From assembly GCA_030704615.1 (NCBI GenBank), contig CM060731.1:47740001-47804000 (forward strand): a stretch of DNA of 64,000 bases, read 5' to 3'. Numbering within the stretch: the stretch's first letter is position 1; the number at the start of each line of letters is the position of its first letter. The notes below the pieces were generated by a model that worked only from the letters and a program-made list of their open reading frames with translations, searched no databases and was not told the DNA's origin. This DNA is from Takakia lepidozioides (taxonomy: Eukaryota; Plantae; Bryophyta). The translations under genes were made by a program, and so were the position numbers. This document shows positions 1-11,677 of this stretch, piece after piece.

Positions 1-516
1 TTTGAATGCGATCCCCATGCTCATTTCACCAAGGGCATTATAGACTTCATAATGTAGAGATTGAAAATGGGGTGTATTCTTCACTTGCTAGTACCATCGT
101 GCAGATTTCTAAACATGAACATGAAGTTCATAATCATTTTCCAAGGGCATCATTCTCAAACTCCCCATACACCACAATCAGTGGAAATAATTGTATTTTC
201 CCATTTCACACATGTGTGTAACATGCCATGTAAAGTAAGCCAACCCCTGTCACGCTCATGGCTGTTTTCACACCGTTCTTGCCTGGGGTGTGGACCACAT
301 GTGACACCCCACAGTTAGGGCATATTTAGACCCACACCTTCAGTGTACAGACCCGTGATAAAAGCCGTGGAATGTGCCAGGTGTGAGATGGCAGAGCCGT
401 GGAAAAAGCCGGTTTCTCTTCTAGTGTGTGAACTTGAGCCTGGGATCTCGTGTATTGACTCATATGAGCTTGGCCTCCCATGTTTTGTTAGTTGCCTCTA
501 GTAATGTCCACTGCCA

Positions 517-660
517 CTATCCCAAGCAGTGTGGACATAACCAATCTCCATCAGGAACCCTCTCAAGAGGTGGTGTCAAGCATTCCATATGCCAATCTCT
601 TGAGCATCGATCACACACCAGCATGGTGGCTGCCCCTTTGGCAGACCCACAGAGCATGCA
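517..660 (-). pseudogene. PHD finger at the integrase C-terminus
   Basis: Manual translation: CMLCGSAKGAATMLVCDRCSRDWHMECLTPPLERVPDGDWLCPHCLG*, a complete C4HC3 pattern with the PxGxWxCxxC tail. It follows the integrase tail (663-1007) after a frameshift. Confidence 0.9.
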
Positions 661-662
661 CC

Positions 663-2066
663 TCAAACTGCAAGTACCACTGCCAAGTTTGGGTCAACTC
701 TGCCATCGACATTGGGAAGGTGACATGGCGCACAATTATGCACATGGTCTTTCCAAGTCATGTCATCCCGACCCTCTAAGATCAGGACTCCTGAGGGCAA
801 CACCTCTCGAACCCTCAGAATAACATGCCCTGCAGTGACATCCAGGGTCGTAGGAGCAGTCTGCTGCAAATAAACATAGTCACCAGGGCTAAACCTCCAA
901 ACCCCAGGACGATATCCTCCACCACGTATAGTGGCATACCTCAACGTATCACGGTGTTGTGCAATGACAAGGTTCTCAAAAGCCATGGGCATGACTTTCT
1001 TGAACAACTATGCACGCTGACCACATGCACGTACCCACACGTCTAGATTGTCAAGGTTAAGGACTTGAGCAGTGTCCCTACGAATGGCTGCAGGCAAATC
1101 TGGCTCTCGGCCAAAGAGAATGAAATATGGTGAGAAGGAGGCAAGTGATGTTTGTTTGCTGAACATGTAGCCCATGACTAACCAAGGTACCTAAAGATCC
1201 CAATCTCCTAGGTGTCCCTTCTGCAAGCCGTACTTGCGCAAACCCCTTTTCACCGTCTGAACAACTCTCTCTGCCAAGCCATCGGCCTCAGGATGATCCC
1301 GAGAAGTGGTGTGGTGGTCTATCAAGGCTTTATCACACAAAACCTGAAACTCCCCCAAGAACTCTCTCCCTTGGTCAGTGAGTACCTCAGCTGGAGCACC
1401 GAATCGGCTAAGCACACGATCCAAAAATGCATACGCAGCCCCCTCACTAGCCTTGTCAGGCAATGGAACCAACTCAATCCACTTGGAGAAGTGCTCCACC
1501 ATCACCAACACATATCTGTGGTGGCGCATAGTCAGTGGCAACGGTCCTGCGAAGTCAAGACTCCACCTGTAGCCCAATCCCATGATTGGTAAATGATGCA
1601 ACTGTGGTGTAGGGGGGTTGAATGAAGCACGCACCCTGCCATACACCATGCACCTAGCCACAAACTGTTGCACCTCTGTATGCATACCACGCCACCAATA
1701 CTGCCCTTGCAGTAAACTGTGAGTGCGTCGCACTCCAAAATGCCCCAACTCCTCATGGGCATGCCACACTAACCGTGCACGCTGTGTGGGGTGAGGCACA
1801 ATCCTCACCCGACCATCCTCCCATACTCGGAGCAGGTGTATCCCCTCCCACTTGAACCTCTTGGCTCGTTGCAGGATCCGATCCCTCTCCCTGGCAGTCA
1901 CAGTGGCTGCCGTGTCTCCCGTGTGGAGGTAGTCCAACACAGGTGAATCCTCATGTATATCTCTGGCACCACCTGGCTCATCACTAGCCTCAGGGTCCTC
2001 AAACACTCCATCTATAGTCATCCCTGTTGTAGGTCCAACCTGACCTCCCGATGCCAAGATACACAA
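663..2066 (-). pseudogene. Gypsy integrase (disrupted)
   Basis: HxxLGHFG zinc-binding region, WSLDFAGPLP, VLTDQGREF, HPEADGLAERVV in ORF 1191-2066; continuation in 663-1007; in-frame TAG stops. Confidence 0.9.
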
Positions 2067-2081
2067 AAATGTAGATGCGTG

Positions 2082-3587
2082 TCATCCCGACACCATCTTC
2101 TCGTCCGTCTCACCATGCCACCGAGCTCTAGTGTCATCCTGCTGGCTCGTGCATGGATTGCGACTCAATCCATCCGCATCCCGATTGACCAAACCCGGTC
2201 GATGCACAACCTGAAAGTCATACTCCTGGAGTATGAGTGCCCACCGTGCAAGCTTCCCCGTAAGCTTGTCTGACTCCATCAACCACTTGAGTGGCTGGTG
2301 ATCCGTGACAAGGATGAAGAGATTGCCGTATAGATAGCACCTGAAGTGTGCCACGGCCCACACTACAGCTAAGCACTCTCCCTCATATGAGCTATACCTG
2401 CAGCGTTGTTCGAGCGGCTAGCATAAGCCACTACAAACTCTCTTCCCTCATCATCTACCTGTGTGAGCACCGCTCCAAGCCCCAACATGCTCCAATCCGT
2501 ATGCAGCTGAAAGGGACGCCCCCTGATAGGTCGTCTCAGGATAGGCGCCAAGGTCAACCTCGCCTTGAGCTCTTGAAAAGCTCGTTCCTGCTCATCTTCC
2601 CATTGCCACTCCTGGTCCACCTTAGTCAGCTTGGTTAGAGCCTTTGCAATGGCACTAAATCCCTTGACAAACCGTCTATAATAGTTTGCCAACCCCATGA
2701 AAGCTCGAACTCGGCTCACATCCGTGGGGTGTGGAATTTGTGCAATGGCCTCTACCTTAGTCTGCTGTACCCCAATCCTCCAGGATATATCATGTGACCC
2801 AGATACTCAATTTGGTTGAAAAAAACTTGCACTTCCCCGGATGCAACTTCAATCCGTGCGCTCTCAAGTGCTCCAATACCACCTAAAGGTGTCTCTCATG
2901 CTCCTCCACCGTAGCACTAAAAATGATGATGTCATTTATGTAGCACCGAGCAAAGTCCACCCCTGCTAGAATCCTATCCATGACTCTCTGAAACTCTGCA
3001 GGAGCGTTCTTAAGCCCAAATGGTAAGAACCGCCACTGATATAGGCAATCCTTGCCGTGCTCATTGATCCCCCATAATGTCGTCTTCTACTTGTCCGCCT
3101 CCTTGATCGACAACTGGTGATATCCGGATCGTAAATCCAAAGTGCTAAAGACCTTAGCATGCCCAATGGCATCAAAGATCTCCTCCGGTGTGGGCATGGC
3201 ATACTTATCGGACTTGGTCTGACGATTTACAGGCCGGTAATCACCGCACATATGTCTCTCCGTCCAATTGCCATAGACATCCTTCTTGGCTGGCATCACT
3301 GTGGCTGAAGCATACTCTCCACCATAGAGCTCCACCAAACCTGCCTCCCAGAGATCTTGAGTCCTCATCTGAATCAAAGACCTCTCCATGTCACTGTATC
3401 TATAGGGTCTCCGAAAGATTGGCGTGTCAGTGGCCAACTCAATACGAATCTCTTGACCCTTCAGTGCTCCCAAGTCCTTCAAACTGAAGGCAAAGCAATT
3501 CCTGTAAGCCCTTAGGAACCGCCGTAGACGTCGTCTCTCTCCTCCGGTGACAATGGGTCCAATGTCAAGTTCCCAATTGTCCTCCAT
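2082..3587 (-). pseudogene. Gypsy reverse transcriptase and RNase H (disrupted)
   Basis: ORF fragments [36 protein letters not shown] (catalytic D>N), VRAFMGLANYYRRFV, LHTDWSMLGLGAVL, TDHQPLKWL. Confidence 0.9.
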
Positions 3588-3944
3588 AACTGCAACCTTA
3601 AGTCCAGTGGGCTTAAAGGTAGAGGACGCGTCCAGTGGTTGCTATGTTGCAACCTCTTGAGTAGTACTCCCTACTTGCTCAGTCAGTGACAAGGCCTCAT
3701 CCTGCCCCATCATCTCATCCTCAAGGACTTCCTCCACCCGAGAAAAATCCCCAACCTTATCCATCACCGCCACCTTGGTTGCCAACTCCCTCTGAACCTC
3801 GAGCACCTCCCAAGTGTGCCATGGATGCCTACACCCCGTGGTCCTCACATGCTTGCCCCCACTCACTGCCTGTACCGTCTCGGTAGGCAGAGAGACCATC
3901 GAGGGAAGTGTACTCCGCACTCTGCATTGCTCAGCCATAGCCAA

Positions 3945-4479
3945 GCTGATAATCCAGGTCAAGCAATTGAGATCCATTGCTTGCCCCAACACCTGACAAC
4001 GTGATGCCTCAGAAAGAGACGACACCGCCGTGGTACCAGTGGTAAAACCCATTGCCCGCTCACACTCGTCAGCATTAGGCTCCACTAACTGCTGCAACTG
4101 AGCATCCCACAGGAGGCCAGGTCCACTATCCCGGAAAGCATGCGATCCTGGGAAGCTGAGCAGTGTAGGTAATGCTGCTCGTGGTTGACCCACCTTGTTG
4201 ACCAGTGCCAAAGGCGAATGGTCATCGTGTCTCACACGCTGAGACTTCTTCCCTGGTTCTAGAATGCTATCCACTGTGCTGGCCACTGCACCCCATCAAA
4301 TGCACGCTTGAGCAGTGCGGGTGGCATCAAGTTAGTCCACCATAGCCGTGGACGATGAGCCCGTGACCCCACTGTAGCTGCATCTAGCAACACTGCTGAC
4401 CCAAACCACGACCGGACTTGATGCACACTGGCCATCACCCTGGCCCGAGAATCGCCCATCAGTGGCACATTCTCCAAGA
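3945..4479 (-). pseudogene. C5 cytosine DNA methyltransferase, C-terminal half (DNMT3-like), within the Gypsy polyprotein
   Basis: Motif VI LENV (4465-4477), motif VIII AHRPRLWW (~4337-4360), motif IX ECERAMGF and motif X RCQVLGQAM. The IX-X spacing resembles DNMT3 ERxFGF...R..LG.S. Frameshift near 4286. Confidence 0.85.
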
Positions 4480-4560
4480 CAGGGATGCCTCGGCGTGAGC
4501 CTGGTCACGTGAGCACGTGAGCGCGTGAGCGCGACTGCGCTCACGCCACGTCACCTTGCG
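4480..4560. repeat. Left terminal region of MULE copy 1, with clustered CGTGAGC/GCTCACG motifs
   Basis: Several CGTGAGC copies in both orientations; inverted match to 15710-15843. Confidence 0.8.
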
Positions 4561-4699
4561 CAAATGCCACATCACGGGTCTCAGTCCACGTCATCACACG
4601 TGGAGGCCGAGTCACCACGCACCCAGAAAGAAGTGGAGTGTATTCCCGCGGATTGGCACCCTTTACCGCGGAAACAAGCTGGACGACATAATAAAAGGC

Positions 4700-5060
4700 A
4701 TTGAATAAATGATGGATGAATGTACAGTTGGATGATAAACAGATGGATGAGTTTGAAAAATCTATGTAGATGGATGAATGACGGATGGATAAGAGTAAAA
4801 TGGATGAATGTATAATGGATGTTGAGCAATGACAAAAATTCATGACAGGAAGATGCATGACCAAATCTTTTGACGAATGCACAAAGTATATGAAATGAGT
4901 GTGGAAGGTTTGTGGGGTGGATTAAAGAGTACAGAGGATGAATGTACAATGGATGTTGTACAAAGGAAGCTTTCATGAATGGAGCACGCATGAATACAGT
5001 GTAGATGAATGCACAATGGATATGAGAAGAGTCAGGAAGGTTTGTGAGATGGATTCATAC
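4700..5060. repeat. Low-complexity (ATGG/ATGA)-rich degenerate repeat inside MULE copy 1
   Basis: Recurrent ATGGATGAATG-like words. Confidence 0.6.
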
Positions 5061-5513
5061 ATATAGCAATTTAAACGAAAGTTGATTCTGTGATTATTAT
5101 TTGTTCTAAAGGAACAACTACGGTAGAGTAAGGGGATTCAACGTTTCCAGATAATATGAAAATGAATATTAAAAGAATACCGTTCAGTCTGACTCAGAGT
5201 CAGTACAATGTATCCCCTCTTCCTCTGCATCTAAGTCTAAGTATTTTAGAACACCGGATCCACGCTGGATACACCTACGGCTGGCCACTAAAAAGTCAGG
5301 GGATAGGGACTCGGACGCGTGAAGTGCCATTGCTTCGGCATAAACAGGGAGCAGAAAATTGGAAAGGGGGCTGTCGAAAACAGACTCGCCAGAAATGACT
5401 GTATCTCCTGAAGATCCACCGCTGGCTTTCCTGAAAGACAGCCTGAAAAAGTTATTACTGTAACTTTGATGTTATCGAGAAATTGAGTATGACTCCCAAA
5501 GAGGGTTTAGCAC

Positions 5514-8500
5514 TTACTCACATGAAAAGTCGTTGTCGACCTGCTTATCTTCGGGATCGTCATCATTTCGAATATGAATACGATCAGTCTGTGTGCCTGA
5601 AGTGGAGCCAGACAAAAGGGGGAAGAGCACTGTGTTGTAGAGGTCAGAATCACCCTCCATACCAAAAAGGCTTCTTCCGCCTGCCTTGCATGCGTGGTAA
5701 GTTGCTCCTGCACCAGACAGGAGAACATAAGCAGTTTGGAGGAGGGGATTTAAGCAGATGAAACTATTGAAAGGAAACCAATTCGGAAGGGAGAAAACGA
5801 ACCTGTGGACACAGAAAGATCGACCACCCGTGCAGAGCGGTGGCTGCATGACTCCAGCAGTATTTGCATGAATGCTGGTGACTTTTCCTTTGCACCTCTC
5901 CAGGGAGTGCCATCTGGTCTCTTCAGAGTCTGACTGGACTGCATGAAGTTGTACAAAATGTCATCGACATGGGGCTCATAGGGGGGGTTGACGAAACAAC
6001 CCTGGTCAGAAATCTCAAAGCTGCGGATGGAGGATGGTGTCTTTGATGTGCGAATCCTCCGCAGGCAGATCGCCTCGAACATCCTCGTCTGCCAAAGATA
6101 GCAGGTTAGTGTGGTAAACACAATCTAAAGTGGAAGTGTGTACATCGGCTATTCAGAACTCTGACACCAAAAAACCATGAATCGTTGATGATCGGTGTCG
6201 ATCATAAAACATTCTACTAGAGTGGAGCTGCAGAGAAAATTGAAACTCATGATCAAAGCATAAGCAGAAGGCAGACGGCATACCAGCTGACCAGGGAAAC
6301 CCCCTTTCACAAGGTAGAGGCTGTTCACACAATTCCATGTGCGCAAAACTTCAAACCCTGAAGACTTGAGGTATGATGCCAATGCCCGACGACTATCATT
6401 GTCACATGACTGAAAAAGCAGAAGTGTCCCTGCATCAGAGAGGAAATTGTTACAGAACCCGAATACCCAACTCCAGTAGTTGTCCTCGAATTTGTTCCAC
6501 CCTGGCGTCTTGCCCTTTGGAAGAACTTCTGGCACAGCCTGGCCATCCGGGATGTCGAGAATGACAATGTCGGCCGCATAAGTTTTCTGCACACCGCACA
6601 CGAAGGTGGGACCTGTGCTCACCTGCAACAGACATGTTTTTTATAAGAACGATGGCAAGAATGTTTTCAAAGAACGAGACTGAAATACTGAAAACGAAAC
6701 ATTCAGAGAAAAAGGAAAGAAAGTGGAATTCTCACCAGATTGAGGAATGAGATTATATTGTCCCAGGTAGGGGATGGCACCCCAGTGTATCCTCTCTTTC
6801 GACTCTGCATCATCGAAAGCCAACCCTCATTAACAATTTTCATCTCTCCTGCTGAATCAGAACGGGAAGGGTGTGGCTTGGCATCGAACACGCACTGAAG
6901 AGTGCGGGTATATCTTCCAGCACTAAAGTCCTGCCCACTCTCCATCTCCTTTTCATTCTCCTTCCCCTTGTCCTTTTCCTTCTCTTTGGACTTGTCTTTG
7001 TCCTTTGGCTTTGCTGGTGAGATGGCTATGACATCAACAGCCTTGTCTTTTGGTTTGCGGCCCGCCTTCTTTCCCTTCTGCGGCGTTCCCTGAGCATCAG
7101 GCTCCTTGGCAGCCAAGGTTGCTATGTTTCGTTGATACTCCTCGTCAGTCAAAGGCGCCAGCATCTCAGCGTTATTGTTCAAGTATTTCATATGCTGTTC
7201 TTGAAAGGTCGTGTGCTCAGGTGGGCAGTCAAGGTACCACCCACAGTCTCTGAAGTGAGAAGGACTCCAGTCCTTCAATATCCCTGCAGTATACATGGTT
7301 GGATCGTTTGCAGGGTCCGACCACATGTCAAGATAGTCGGGAATTCCGCTCAGGTGATTTCCTTCCATAAGCACATATTTCGTGTACCTGAAAAAAGGAG
7401 ATGAATCCCAACCCACAAAAGCGCTCAGTGAGAAAGATGCAAGTAGAACAGAAAGAATAAAACATGGATACAAATGGCTCTGACAACTGCTCCAAGGACC
7501 TTTCAAAACCACACTACTGCTCCAGATATGAATGTCGTCAACGCCATTCAGAACATTCCATTCCATGACACTGTAAATACATCCTAATCCAGGTGAAAGC
7601 AAATATGCGATTAGAAATGACACAGACATAGAAGTGAATGTCGTCAACGACATTCAAGAATGAAGCCAAATTATTACTGAAATGAAGCAAAATCACAGGG
7701 TGGAAATAAAAAAATTGAGTAAGGAACCAACCAGGAAAACTCAATGCACATTCATAACGAACCTATCACTGAGGACCTCACAACATCACTGTATGTGAAT
7801 GGCGTCAACGCCATTCACAAAAATACAAAAAAGAAACCAATTACTTAGCTCCCCAATCCATGAAAATTGAATTTGTCGTTTTTTAATAATACAGACACAG
7901 CTGTGAATGTCGTCAACGACAGTCACTTTGGATTTCTTAAAACAGAGCTTATGAAGCCTCCATATTCATCGCAAGAGGAAAAAACAATGCAGAACAACTG
8001 AATGTCTGTATTGACATTCAGCAAAATGAAGTGATCAACCCTCATTGTATCCTCTATGGACATTACAAAAATTTAAATAACCTTGAGGACCACACAACAA
8101 CTCCGTATGTGAATGTCGTCAACGCCATTCAAGGACATTATCAATTCTACTCAGGGACAATATAATTGCACCCTTAGATCCTAACCAGGTGAATTCATAT
8201 ACTCGCTTAAGAATGACTCAGACAAAGAAGTGAATGTCGTCAACGACATTCAATCTGGATCTAAGATTGCAATCCATATGAAGCCACAATTTTTCCCAAA
8301 AAAACAGTAGAGTTTCAAGTATGACATTTCACCTGTACACAACTCGCATCATGGCCCACTCTCCTCCAACCTGACTGTCAAAGTCGTTGGACCGTAAAAT
8401 GTTACCATCTTTGGAGAACTCCCGGAAAAAACAGTATCTCCACGTGAGACCTCTCCACTTCCTTATGTATGCCTCCAATGACATTTGGGGAGGGGAAACA

Positions 8501-10930
8501 ATCGCAATGTTCAGGTCCTTCAAAGTCTGATCCAGCACAATGACGGCGCGCTTTTCCAGCTGCAAATAGAATATTTGTCAGAATTGCAAAAAAGAAACAC
8601 ATCACATACTTGAAGATAAGAAACAGCATGTTCGAATACACACCTGACTCCAAAATGTAGCCTTGTGGAGCCAGTTATCAAACACCAAATCACTGATTCC
8701 TTCCACCTTTGTGCCAGGCTGTATGGTGCTCTTTGGGAACTGATTCAAGTCCTTTACTGTTTGATCTGAGTTCCATATCTCCAGCCACCTTATTTTTGTT
8801 TGTGGGTCGACCATCGATATGGCCAGCCGGTGCAATTTCTCCTGCTGCATCTCCGGATGCACATGCTTGTCATAGTGTGTTTTGATCTGCTGAAGGAACT
8901 CAGGACCAAGTCCAGGATCTACTATTCTAAGCTGCTTTCCGAAGGCTGACATCAATTTGGTTCTTCGCATCTCAAACTCCTTCTTTATTGCAGCTTCCAC
9001 ACCCTTTGATGTCCTTAGTTCCTCTGGTGTAGTGCGGTAATATTCGGATTTTCCCTTCTCAGCTGCCTCTGCCAGTTCTTGCTGCATTCATTCAAGTAGT
9101 GATTAGCTCCGAAGGGACTCTAAACATGTATTCGAAAAGTAAACAGAGTACAGACTCGGGCTTACCGCATACATGTACTCCAGAAACGCCTCTCGTGTCA
9201 AAGAATACCAAGTGCCTGCAGCTCTTCCTGTTTCGCACTTCTTGATGATATTGGGTGGTAGTACTGTCCGAAAATCATCCAGCTTCATCAGACCAATCCT
9301 CTGAATTCGGAATAGTGTGTGAACCAAGCTTGTTGTCACATGCGATTTCTCTGTCGATCTGCAAAAACATTGAAAACATTGCATTCCTTACCACTGTTTT
9401 TTGAGGATCAACAAGACACTACAGAGGGAATCAAATCTCCTGGATGACTTACTTGTTCACGTCGTGCATAGCTGTAAGAAGCCTAGCGATGTCGTTTCCT
9501 GGATCCAAAACCATTGCCTCCACAGCAACATGCTTGTCTTTGTCTTTCGAATGGTGTTTCTGAATGTATCCCATCCATGCAAGCAATCGGTGGTTGCCGT
9601 CCCAGACGTAGAACATGTGGTTGCAAAATTGCTGGGTGTTCTTTCCCATCATGAGGCCCAGCTCGAACTCCTCATTGGCATCTTTCCAGCACTCATCCCA
9701 GTTGTCACTGATCTCTGGAGAAACTAATGTGCTTTTCCCATTTATATCCGTCAGTGACACATAAAAAACTTGTGCACCAAGTCTATATCCATGCACAAAA
9801 TCACTCTCCAATTTTGTTATGTCGTGGGAAAGAGGTGGACGCACAACAGGCATTGATATCATCCGGCACAGAGGTATGTCCAGACGCCCTCCAGATACGA
9901 GCATGTCCCTTATAACCTCCTGAGAGTTTACCTTCTGGAATGACATTAGTTCTTTCACCTTGTCAAGGTAGTGCACTTCGGATTCATCTGCTTCATCTGT
10001 ATTCTCTGAGCTTTTTGCGGACTCGTCCCCATCTCCAGATCCTTTCCCCTCTGATCCTGTAGGCTTCGACCTCACAGTTTTCTGCACGATGCCATTCAGT
10101 TCTGAGTAAGTCATTTGCAAATAGTGAATGGCGGTAACGACCATCACTCTGTATCAAGGAAACTCACCATGAATGGTGTGAAAGAATTCAGCACAATCCA
10201 CACAAGAAAAGCCGAGACTGTCGTATTCAAAACAGAAGCGAGAGCAATAGCGAACGGCGTTAACGACAATCACAAAAGATAACGACCTGCCGGATCGGTG
10301 TTGTGTAATGACATACATGTGCAACTGATTGGCGGCAACGACATTCAGTGTAGTTTAGGGCGGATAGTAAGTGCAGACTCTCTCTTCAAACACATATGTA
10401 CATAAATGTCATAAGCAGAATCGAATGGCGTTAACGACGCTCGCGATTCAGTAGTTCCTGCTAAAGAATGGAAGAGGAAGGACTCCTTGAAAGGCAATCA
10501 CATAGACAATATGATAAAACTTACTGGCACCTTCTTAGGTTTTGAACTTTGATCCCCTTCTGCAGCTTTCCTCTTCCCTCTCACATCTGCTGGAGTTTCT
10601 GTCTGCGCAAGGGTTTCTTGACCTTCTTCAGGTTCGGCGTTCCGCGTGCTTCCACCTTCTTCAGTGTCCCTGCGATTCATCTCTGCCTCCACAGGTTGGC
10701 GCACTCTTATCGCCGGCTGTGTCGCAGCCGCTGCCTCAGTTTCCGTCTGCTCTTGTGAATCAGTCTCCGCGTTCACCTGCTGCCTTGGCCCTGTGTTCTC
10801 CAACAAACGACGCCTCGTCATTTTCTCTCTTGCTCTAAGTCTCTCTCTAAGGGAAGTAAAATAAAGAGACTTTCTTCTCTTTCGTATTCTAGAAGGAACC
10901 CTCTCCAGCTTGACTACCACTCTCCCTCTA
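5514..10930 (-). CDS. Multi-exon cargo gene: basic/acidic N-terminus, ParB/Srx-like domain, helical region, beta-class amino DNA methyltransferase-like domain (N6A/N4C type)
   Basis: Predicted GT-AG exons: ~10930-10530, 10081-9453, 9358-9166, 9081-8644, 8559-8333, 7387-6736, ~6622-6284, 6088-5803, 5707-5514 (a further 3' exon near 5430-5290 is possible); frames join at the internal junctions checked. ParB box VWDGNHRLLAW (9578-9601). MTase: ADIVILDIPDG (motif IV position), L.DAGTLLLF, KSPAFMQILLESCS...VVDLSVSTGATYHACKAGGRSLFGMEGD (motifs X-I-II). Start codon not fixed. Confidence 0.75.
7529..8252. repeat. Intronic array of ~7 palindromes TGAATG(T/G)CG-TCAA-CG(A/C)CATTCA
   Basis: Copies at ~7529, 7635, 7795, 7903, 7999 (degenerate), 8110 and 8231; spacers far more diverged than the palindromes. 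Confidence 0.85.
10124..10450. repeat. Four degenerate copies of the same palindrome in the 5' intron of the cargo gene
   Basis: GTGAATGGCGGTAACGACCATCAC (10124), GAACGGCGTTAACGACAATCAC (10252), TGATTGGCGGCAACGACATTCA (10326), GAATGGCGTTAACGACGCTC (10423). Confidence 0.65.
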
Positions 10931-11677
10931 AGCGCGAAAACTAGAAAAACGCAGTGACTCCCGATTTCTTGCGGGATTGCCTGTGTTCTTGCTTGTCTCT
11001 AGAAGCATCGGATTCCCTCCCGCGTGACCGTTACACATAGTCGTTTCGATATTAATGCACATGCCAACAATTGGTGTACAGCTGTTCGTATTCAGTTATG
11101 GATGTCTGACGTGTGCCGCCCAAAACAAAACGGCGTGTTCTAAATTATAACTGGTTCAATATTTAAAAAGAACAGCGAATCCCAGAAATTGATGCGCATT
11201 CTTAAACAAATAAATATAAATGAACGAGAGTTTGATGACAAATTTTGGAATATCATACAAGGTCATCCTTGTTATCCGGTCATCCACATTCGTTGCACAT
11301 TTGGAACTTTCCAGGTGCGCATGATCATTGGTAGTAGTATATAGATACATTTACTTAATCTGCAATCCCATTCTCGGATCCTGTGGCATGCTTCCAGGAA
11401 GTCGGCTTTGTTATTGGGTTTATTGATGAGGTTCTGATTAACGGTTTAACAGTTTCCGACACTGCCCCTATGGATTCTCTGACCACTGGGCCCACAAGAA
11501 AAGTAATTAAAATGGACGGCTGCATATCTGGAATGAATAACAGAATATGCACAGTCGTTATCTGAGCTTCCTCCGCCATATGCTCTGCTCATTCTTCAAC
11601 TGTGTTCTGGAGACAGCAGTAAACCGATTTACACTAGATCTGCGATAGCAAGGTACAAACATACTCGAGGAAGGAAG

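Noticed and set aside
248-306. TGTCAC...GTGACA segment as the 3' LTR of the DNMT-Gypsy
   Set aside because: Only 59 bp, and no matching copy found upstream of gag.
4480-4490. Left end CAGGGATG resembles the maize Ac (hAT) TIR
   Set aside because: The TSD is 10 bp rather than 8, and the encoded transposase has Mutator features (CxxH, SWIM); treated as coincidence.
4541-4991. His/Ile/Phe-rich minus-strand ORFs
   Set aside because: Translation of a low-complexity ATGG repeat; no domain signal.
5514-10930. Bacterial or phage contamination as the source of the ParB-MTase
   Set aside because: The gene is split by GT-AG introns and lies within a TSD-bounded eukaryotic transposon.
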